DNA of 64,000 nucleotides from Mobula hypostoma (taxonomy: Eukaryota): contig NC_086108.1 in assembly GCF_963921235.1 (NCBI RefSeq), forward strand, positions 114,950,001-115,014,000, given 5' to 3'. The position numbers and the translations under genes were made by a program. The notes below the pieces were generated by a model that had not been told where the DNA came from, searched no databases, and saw only the letters and a list, made by a program, of their open reading frames with translations. Every line of letters starts with the position of its first letter. Positions within the stretch are counted from its first letter, which is position 1. Of this stretch, positions 54,557-64,000 are shown one piece after another.

Positions 54557-57474
54557 TGCCCTGTGCCCACTCACCTGTAGCACTATGCCAACCCACCCCT
54601 GGTCCTGTGCTCACTCACCTGTAGTACAGTGTGAACCCGTCCCTGTCCCTGTGCCCACTCACGTGTAGCACTATGCCGACCCACCCCTGGTCCTGTGCTC
54701 ACTCACCTGTAGTACAGTGTGAACCCATCCCTGTCCCTGTGCCCGCTCACCTGTAGTACAGTGTGAACCTGTCCCAGGCCCTGTGCCCACTCACCGGTAG
54801 TTCAGTGTGAATCCGTTCCAGGCCCTGTGCCTACTCACCTGTAGTACAGTGTGAACCCGTCCCTGGCCCTGTGCCCACTCACCTGTAGTACAGTGTGAAC
54901 CCACACCCAGACCTGTGCCCACTCACCTGTAGTACAGTGTGAACCTGTCCCAGGCTCTGTGCCCACTCACCTGTAGTTCAGTGTGAACCCATCCCTGGTC
55001 CTGTGCCTACTCACCTGTAGTACAGTGTGAACCCCTCCCTGGCCCTGTGCCCACTCACTTGTAGTACAGTGTGAACCCACACCCAGACCTGTGCCCACTC
55101 ACCTGTAGTACAGTGTGAACCCGTCCCCTGGTCCTGTGCCCACTCACCCGTAGTACAGTGTGAACCCGTCCCTGGCCCTGTGCCCACTCACCCGTAGTAC
55201 AGTGTGAACCCGTCCCCTGGTCCTGTGCCCACTCACGTGTAGCACTATGCCAACCCACCCCTGGTCCTGTGCTCACTCACCTGTAGTACAGTGTGAACCC
55301 GTCCCTGTCCCTGTGCCCGCTCACCTGTAGTACAGTGTGAACCCGTCCCTGTCCCTGTGCCCGCTCACCTGTAGTACAGTGTGAACCTGTCCCAGGCCCT
55401 GTGCCCACTCACCGGTAGTTCAGTGTGAATCCGTTCCAGGCCCTGTGCCTACTCACCTGTAGTACAGTGTGAACCCGTCCCTGGCCCTGTGCCCACTCAC
55501 CTGTAGTACAGTGTGAACCCACACCCAGACCTGTGCCCACTCACCTCTAGTACAGTGTGAACCTGTCCCAGGCTCTGTGCCCACTCACCTGTAGTTCAGT
55601 GTGAACCCATCCCTGGCCCTGTGCCCACTCACTTGTAGTACAGTGTGAACCCACACCCAGACCTGTGCCCACTCACCCGTAGTACAGTGTGAACCTGTCC
55701 CAGGCCCTGTGCCCACTCACCGGTAGTTCAGTGTGAATCCGTTCCAGGCCCTGTGCCTACTCACCTGTAGTACAGTGTGAACCCGTCCCTGGCCCTGTGC
55801 CCACTCACCTGTAGTACAGTGTGAACCCACACCCAGACCTGTGCCCACTCACCTGTAGTACAGTGTGAACCCGTCCCTGTCCCCACTCACCTGTAGTACA
55901 GTCTGAATCCGTCCCTGGCCCTGTGCCCACTCACCTGTAGTACAGTCTGAATCCGTCCCTGGCCCTGTGCCCGCTCACCTGTAGTACAGTGTGAACCTGT
56001 CCCAGGCCCTGTGCCCACTCACCGTTAGTACAGTGTGAACCCATCGCTGGCCCTGTGCCTGCTCACCTGTAGTACAGTGTGAACCTGTCCCAGGCCCTGT
56101 GCCCACTCACTTGTAGTACAGTGTGAACCCACACCCAGACCTGTGCCCACTCACCTGTAGTACAGTGTGAACCCGTCCCCTGGTCCTGTGCCCACTCACC
56201 CATAGTACAGTGTGAACCCGTCCCTGGCCCTGTGCCCACTCACCCGTAGTACAGTGTGAACCCGTCCCCTGGTCCTGTGCCCACTCACCTGTAGTACACT
56301 GTGAACCCGTCCCTGGCCCTGTGCCCACTCACCTGTAGTTCAGTGTGAACCCGTTCCAGGCCCTGTGCCCACTCACTTGTAGTACAGTGTGAACCCACAC
56401 TCAGACCTGTGCCCACTCACCTGTAGTACACTGTGAACCCGTCCCTGGCCCTGTGCCCACTCACCTGTAGTTCAGTGTGAACCCGTTCCAGGCCCTGTGC
56501 CCACTCACTTGTAGTTCAGTGTGAACCCACCCCCAGACCTGTGCCCACTCACCTGCAGTACAGAGTGAACCCACCCTTGGCCCTGTGCCCACTCACCTGT
56601 AGTACAGTGTGACCCCACCCCCGGCCCTGTGCCCACTCACCTCTAGTACAGTGTGAACCCGTCCCCTGGTCCTGTGCCCACTCACCCGTAGTACAGTGTG
56701 AACCCGTCCCTGGCCCTGTGCCTACTCACCTGTAGTACAGTGTGAACCCGTCCCAGGCCCTGTGCCCACTCACTTGTAGTACAGTGTGAACCCACACCCA
56801 GACCTGTGCCCACTCACCTGTAGTACAGTGTGAACCCGTCCCCTGGTCCTGTGCCCACTCACCCGTAGTACAGTGTGAACCCATCCCTGGCCCTGTGCCC
56901 ACTCACCCGTAGTACAGTGTGAACCCGTCCCCTGGTCCTGTGCCCACTCACCTGTAGTACAGTCTGAACCCATCCCTGGTCCTGTGCCCACTCACCTGTA
57001 GTTCAGTGTGAACCCATTCCAGGCCCTGTGCCCACTCACTTGTAGTACAGTGTGAACCCGTCCCTGTCCCTACTCACCTGTAGTACAGTCTGAATCCGTC
57101 CCTGGCCCTGTGCCCACTCACCTGTAGTACAGTGTGAACCCACACCCAGACCTGTGCCCACTCACCTGTAGTACAGTGTGAACCCGTCCCTGTCCCCACT
57201 CACCTGTAGTACAGTGTGAACCCACACCCGGACCTGTGCCCACTCACCTGTAGTACAGTGTGAACCCACCCCTGGCCCTGTGCCCACCCACCTGTAGTTC
57301 AGTGTGAACTCACCCCTGGTCCTGTGCCCACTCACCTGTAGTACAGTGTGAACCCATCCCTGGCACTGTGCCCACTCACCTGTAGTTCAGTGTGGACCCG
57401 TCCCCTGGTCCTGTGCCCACTCACCTGTAGTACAGCGTGACCCCACCCCCGGCCCTGTGCCCACTCACCTGTAG
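54557..57474 (-). repeat. 44/45-bp minisatellite (~65 units) derived from the exon/intron junction; most units contain CAG|GTGAGT
   Basis: Minus-strand unit GTGAGTGGGCACAGGGCCAGGGACGGGTTCACACTGTACTACAG. The first copy begins at the real donor (57,468). Confidence 0.95.
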
Positions 57475-57655
57475 CAGGGGGTGGCGCCCTGCACTGACAG
57501 GATGGTGAAGTGGGGATGCCTCCCCCCGAGCCGGGAGCCCCTGCGGTGCCGGAACTCACAGCAGGAGCTGAGCCGGTCCACCTGAAGGCCATTCAGGAAG
57601 AAGGTGAGGCTGAACGGGAAGCCAGCATGTCTCCGTGACACAAACTCGAACCGCT
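57469..57655 (-). CDS. ERICH3: ERICH3-like coding exon 3 of 5 visible (DUF4590 C-terminal half)
   Basis: Acceptor ccctccgttcacag|AG, donor TACAG|gtgagt; 187 nt, phase 1-2. Encodes ERFEFVSRRHAGFPFSLTFFLNGLQVDRLSSCCEFRHRRGSRLGG...PCYR, closely matching ERICH3/DUF4590 as recalled. Confidence 0.92.
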
Positions 57656-58154
57656 CTGTGAACGGAGGGAGAAATCCTAACCATACGTGAAATTGGAACC
57701 GCATGTGCTAATTTATGCTCTGTGCAGTGTGCATTGGGTAATGTGTTTTGCGCTTTGGCCCCAGAAGAACACCATTTCCTTTGGCTATATTTCTGTACAA
57801 TTGAATAATTAAACTTGAAATTTAAATTGAGCTCCTAACATTTATTACAGAGTTCCTCACACCAGACCCACAGCCCCTCCCTACCACCCTGACCGGTCAT
57901 AAGACATATGAGCAGAATTAGGCCATTTGGTTCATCAAATCTGTTGTTCCCTCCATCATGGCTGATTTATTATTGGCTGGGTAAACGACATGAATAGGTG
58001 AGGTCACAAGGAAGTCTGAATGGTGGGACAGTCTAAAGGGGCCAAGTGGCCTATTCCTGCTGGGTGTTTGAGGGATACAGACAGGTTGAGGTGGTGTCCC
58101 TGGGATAATATCGCCACTGGTCAGTCTGACAGCAGATCCCCGTGTCACACCCAC

Positions 58155-58338
58155 CTGCTTCCATCAGCTTCCCCTTGAAGACGCAGAGGTTCTCTCCACC
58201 GCAATGCTGCTGATGAACCTTGACCTCGTCCCTCGCATCAGCCCGGTCATAGGAGAGGTGCAGCCTCTTGCCACGGTACACCATCGTCACTACCACATTG
58301 CTGTGCACTCCCGCAGAGCGACGCCACCTTGGGACTCC
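58155..58338 (-). CDS. ERICH3: ERICH3-like coding exon 2 of 5 visible (DUF4590 N-terminal half)
   Basis: Acceptor ctgttgcag|GGA, donor GCAG|gtgggt; 184 nt, phase 0-1. Encodes GVPRWRRSAGVHSNVVVTMVYRGKRLHLSYDRADARDEVKVHQQHCGGENLCVFKGKLMEA; QQHCGGENLCV is the DUF4590 hallmark. Confidence 0.92.
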
Positions 58339-58504
58339 CTGCAACAGCCACAGTGACCAATGAGCTGGAGCCATGGGAGGGACCAGCCTGCAGCAGCATC
58401 CGCCAGTTGTAGCAGGCTCAGGGGTACAAACTCACTACCCACACCCTGCAGGGAATAAACCAACCATTTCAGTCTGTAGGTGCTTCAAACCAGACATCAC
58501 TGGG

Positions 58505-58700
58505 ACAGTACAGCAGGTAGAACCACTGCCTCACAGCCCCAGAGACCTGACCTCTGGCACTGCCAGTGAGGAGTTTGCATGTGCTCCGTGACCATGTGGT
58601 TCCCCGGATGCTCCAGTTCCCTCCCACTTCCCAAAGACATGTGGTTCAGCCGGTTAAATGGCCGCTGTAATATTTCCCCAATGTGTGGTTGAGGTAGAGT
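58505..58700 (+). mobile_element. Decayed V-SINE (HE1-like)
   Basis: 'ctgcctcacagc...gagtttgcatgtgctccgtgaccatgtggttccccggatgctccagttccctcccac...ccaaagac' resembles the V-SINE central domain. Confidence 0.65.
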
Positions 58701-58716
58701 CTGGCGGGGGGGGGGG

Positions 58717-59190
58717 GTTCAAAGTTCAAAAATTCAATGTAAATTTTATTATCAAAGTACATAATTGTCACAATATACAACCCTGAGATTCATTTTCCCG
58801 TGGGCAAATCGATAGAATAGTAACTGTAACAGGTTCAATGAAAGATCAACCAGAGTGCAGAAGACAACAAACTGCTAATCTAAACAAATAGCACTAAATA
58901 CTGAGAACATGAGATTAAGAGACAAAGAGTCATTGAAAGTGATATAGTTGGTTGTGGGAACATTTCAATGACGGGGCAAGTGATGTTAAGTGTGATTATC
59001 CTGTTTTGATGAAGATCCTGATGGTTGAGGGGTAGTAACTGTTCTTGAACCTGGTGGTGAGAGTCCGGAGGCTCCTGTACCAACCACGATGGCAGCAGTG
59101 AGAAAAGGGCATGGCCTGGATGGTGGGGATCTCTGATGATGGATGTGGCTTTTCTACGACAACATTTCATGTGGATGTGCTCAGTGGCTA
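58717..59190 (-). mobile_element. Decayed L2/Rex-like retroelement 3' fragment
   Basis: Minus-strand RKATSIIRDPHHPGHALFSLLPS, followed by an AT-rich tail with (TTTGAAC)-like repeats. Confidence 0.65.
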
Positions 59191-59834
59191 GGAGGGCAAT
59201 GACAGGCAGCTGCAGAAGGGCAGAGGGGTTTATGGGGACTAGAAATTTGTAACCATGAGGAAAGTTAGGAGCGGCTGGAAAACAGGAGGCTGGGGTGAGT
59301 TGTAATTGAGATGTGCAAACATTGTGCGAAAGGGTCTGAGCAATGGGGCCAACAATTGGCAGAAATGGGTTGCTGATGGTCGGCACAAACTCGATGGGCT
59401 GAAGAGCCTGTCTTGATGCAGTGTGACTCCGTATCCAACACTTCATATACAAGGATCATGAGAGCTCATCCCTCTGATCAATGGGAGGGGCAGTGACAGG
59501 CTGGATAAAGGTGAGGGGGGGGGGAGGGAGGTTCAGCCGGTCTGGTAGCGAGGAGTGTGAGTGGCCACTTGGCCCAGGAAAGCGGACAAGGTACTTACAA
59601 GGAGGATCTTCAGCCCATCGGTTGTATACTGGCCACAGATGTACAGGGAGAGTTTATCTTCAGTCAGTGAACTTGCTTCAGTTCAGAGCAAGCCCTCCTG
59701 CTCCCACTGGCCACTCACAGCCAGCCCCACCCACTGGACCTTCCCATTTCCATCACCCACCGTTCTCCCACCAACCTCCCCACCAGGCTCTCCCACAAGG
59801 ACTTCAAGCTCCCACTAACTGCCAACTGAAGACC

Positions 59835-60172
59835 AGAAGGCATCGAAGTAGACAGCCCATTCGGCCCATCGAGTCTAGACCGCCATTCGATCATGACGAA
59901 TTTATTATCCCCTTCAACCCCATTCTCCTGCCTTCTCCCTGTAACCTTTAACACCCTGACTAATTAAGAACCTGTCAACCTCCATCTTTAAATATACCCA
60001 AAGACTTGGCCTCCACAGTCATCTATAACAACAAATTTCACAGATTCACCTCCTTCTGGCTGAACAAATTCCTCATCTGTTCCAAATGGTTGTCCCTCAG
60101 TTCTGAGGCTGCACCCTCTGGTCCGAGGCTCTCTCACATCCACTCTGTCCAGGCTCTTCAATATTCAATAGG
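59835..60172 (-). mobile_element. Decayed CR1 3' fragment
   Basis: Similar to 41,300-41,595 (ccattcggcccatcgagtct...attcacc...tctggctg). Confidence 0.7.
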
Positions 60173-60762
60173 CTGAGGATATTTAACCTGAATTCCCTCT
60201 CCCACACCAAGATCCAGCGTCTCTGATCACCAGTACCCCACCCCCCTTATTAGGCAGAAAGTGGAGGGGGGGAGCAGCTGTTTGCTGTACATCTTCTCTG
60301 AAACGCCAACCCCTCATAGTATGAACCCCCCCACAGTCCGTACCCCTCCGCCATTGCATTTCTGAATGCACAATGAATGCTGCTTCACCAGCTTTTCCTC
60401 TCTTTTTGCATCACTTGTTTTTTATACACTTTTTACTGTGATTTATAGCTTTTTATTCTATATTGCACTGTACTGCCCCAAAATAACAAATTTTACAACA
60501 TATGCCAGTGATATTAAACTGATTCCGACAGTCATTCTCCCCTCCGACACCTCCACACCGGCCCAGCTATTCTTCTCACTACTTGCCCCGGCAGAGGAAA
60601 CACCTCAGCAGTCTGTGCCTGCCCAGGAGTGTGAAGCCCGCCACCATATCTATGGCTCCTGCTGACGCCCCAGCCTGTCCCACAGCAAGTGGTGAGGTCA
60701 GCTGGTGGCAACATACATCCTAATAGACGATAGCAGTGCCCTGAGCCCCCGCCGTTCTCTAC

Positions 60763-60963
60763 CTTTTGAGCGGGGCTGGCTGGGGCGTGGGACGTGGTGG
60801 GTGCACGTAGCCGGCGTCCTCTGCTAAAGGTGCTCTTCTCCCATGGGCGGAGGGACGGGGGGACAGGAGTCACGTAGTTGTTGATGACGGGAAGACGGTA
60901 GGGAGAGAGTCTGCTGGGGGTGTCCACCGTTTGCCAGTGCCTCATCACTTCCCGTTCTGGCTG
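60763..60963 (-). CDS. ERICH3: ERICH3-like coding exon 1 of 5 visible (upstream exons lie beyond the window or were not detected)
   Basis: Acceptor ttttcctcctag|CAG, donor AAAAG|gtagag; 201 nt, phase 0-0. Encodes QPEREVMRHWQTVDTPSRLSPYRLPVINNYVTPVPP...RGRRLRAPTTSHAPASPAQK, resembling recalled ERICH3 YQLPNINSYMMPIPP...RRRFRPTT. Confidence 0.8.
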
Positions 60964-61009
60964 CTAGGAGGAAAACGAGCAGGATGGTGAGAAACTCCTA
61001 TTATTTCCT

Positions 61010-62130
61010 CAACACCACCCACCTATACCACCCTCCCACAGTGTGACACTCCCTCAGTACCACCACTCCCACAGTGTGACTCTCCCTCAGTACCACCCCT
61101 CCCACAGTGTGACACTCCCTCAGTACCACCCCTCCCACAGTGTGACCCTCCCTCAGTACCACCCTCCCAGTGTGACCCTCCCTCAGTACCACCCCTCCCA
61201 GTGTGACCCTCCCTCAGTACCGCCACTCCCACAGTGAGACCCTCCCTCAGTACCGCCCCTCCCACAGTGTGACCCTCCCTCAGTACCGCCCCTCCCACAG
61301 TGTGACTCTCCCTCAGTACCACCCCTCCCACAGTGTGACCCTCCCTCAGTACCGCCCCTCCCACAGTGTGACCCTCCCTCAGTACCGCCCCTCCCACAGT
61401 GTGACTCTCCCTCAGTACCGCCCCTCCCACAGTGTGACTCTCCCTCAGTACCACCCCTCCCACAGTGTGACCCTCCCTCAGTACCGCCCCTCCCACAGTG
61501 TGACCCTCCCTCAGTACCACCCCTCCCACAGTGTGACCCTCCCTCAATAACACCTCTCCCACAGTGTGACCCTCCCTCAGTACCACCCTCCCAGTGTGAC
61601 CCTCCCTCAGTACCACCCCTCCCACGGTGTGACCCTCCCTCAATACCACCCTCCCAGTGTGACCCTCCCTCAGTACCACCCTCCCAGTGTGACCCTCCCT
61701 CAGTACCACCCCTCCCACAGTGTGACCCTCTCTCAATACCACCCTCCCACAGTGTGACCCTCCCTCAGTACCACCCCTCTCAGTGTGACCCTCCCTCAAT
61801 ACCACCCCTCCCACAGTGTGACCCTCCCTCAGTACCACCCCTCTCAGTGTGACCCTCCCTCAGTACCACCCCTCCCACAGTGTGACCCTCCCTCAGTACC
61901 ACCCCTCTCAGTGTGACCCTCCCTCAGTACCACCCCTCCCACAGTGTGACCCTCCCTCAGTACCACCCCTCTGACAGTGTGACCATCCCACAGTACCGCC
62001 CCTCCCACAGTGTGACCCTCCCTCAGTACCACCCCTCTGACAGTGTGACCATCCCACAGTACCGCCCCTCCCACAGTGTGACCCTCCCTCAGTACCACCC
62101 CTCTGACAGTGTGACCATCCCACAGTACTG
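61010..62130. repeat. C-rich 30-33-bp minisatellite (~35 units)
   Basis: Unit CAGTGTGACCCTCCCTCAGTACC(A/G)CCCCTCCCA. Confidence 0.95.
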
Positions 62131-62169
62131 CGCCAGTTCCAACCTGGGAAAAAAGACATTGACTTTGGA

Positions 62170-62597
62170 GAAAGCACAGAACTGGGTTTCCTTCCCGGGG
62201 AGTTGGGTGATCTCCCCGAAGCTTGAGATGACAACAGGAATCGATGAGGTGTTCGGTCCCATCATGCAAAGGAAGGATATATGCTTACAATGGAGGCAGT
62301 TCAGAGCAGACTCACCAGGTTAATTCCTGGAATCAGAGCCATGTCTGCTCTAAACAGGGCATGTGGGTTAGAGCTGCAGTCCTTGGAGGACACAAAAGAA
62401 AGGGTGACCGTACTGAAGAACTTCAGACCCTGAAGGGACATGACAGGGGAGATGTGGAGATATTTCCATCAGCGGAAGAGTCTTGTATGAGGAGATCCAT
62501 GATCAATGGATGGACATTTAAAACTGGGGTTCTTCTCACAGAGGGAGGGGAAATCTCTGGAATTCTCCACCCAGAGGGGGTAAAAGGACTCATTAGA
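62170..62597 (+). mobile_element. Old CR1 3' fragment, interrupted by the Tc1 element and resuming at ~63,821
   Basis: 'aggaaggatat...tggaggcagttcagagcagactcaccagg...tctctggaattctc' resembles CR1 ORF2 C-terminal sequence elsewhere in the window. Confidence 0.55.
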
Positions 62598-62599
62598 TA

Positions 62600-63818
<1,219 letters not shown>

Positions 63819-64000
63819 TATATTTGAGGTAGGGAAAGATGAGCATGATTGAGGACAATGGGGATGAGCTCAATATTACTTCAACCATGATGTGATAGAA
63901 TTGTGGGGCAGGGTTCAGAGCAAATGGTGGAAGAGATTGCAGAAGTTTCAGTGAGGCCACCTTTCTTTTCTGATCTCCAAAGAATATGGATACAACCCAA

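Noticed and set aside
54557..57468. Units as a series of tiny GT-AG introns or coding micro-exons
   Set aside because: 44 nt is below typical vertebrate intron size, there is no pyrimidine tract, and an in-frame TGA follows the real donor.
61010..62130. V(D)J RSS heptamers (CACAGTG in many units; CACAGTT in the large array)
   Set aside because: No ACAAAAACC-like nonamer at 12/23 spacing and no Ig/TCR segments.
61001..62323. Repetitive ORFs (VVLREGHTVGG)n and (SVTLPQYHPSH)n, plus similar ORFs at 48.7 kb and 55-57 kb
   Set aside because: These are translations of minisatellites with mixed unit lengths.

Overview
This is eukaryotic (vertebrate) DNA. Its repeat content suggests a cartilaginous fish, probably a ray (inference). 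Bases 1-~41,200 are one 36-bp tandem array (~1,140 units, open at the left edge) with a variant-repeat higher-order structure; all long ORFs there are repeat artefacts. The remaining ~23 kb holds five phase-consistent, GT-AG-bounded minus-strand coding exons of an ERICH3/C1orf173-like gene (DUF4590 domain). They sit among decayed CR1 and L2/Rex-like LINEs, a V-SINE and three smaller minisatellites. Three things stand out. (1) A ~2.9-kb minisatellite was made by amplifying an exon/intron junction, giving roughly 65 tandem units that mostly carry CAG|GTGAGT splice donors directly behind the real donor. (2) Penelope-like (GIY-YIG) retroelement 3' ends, two of them inserted as long palindromes with target-site duplications, carry a minimal hammerhead-ribozyme motif. 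(3) A Tc1-like element is built from two inverted 3' halves. No prokaryotic system or CRISPR array is present.
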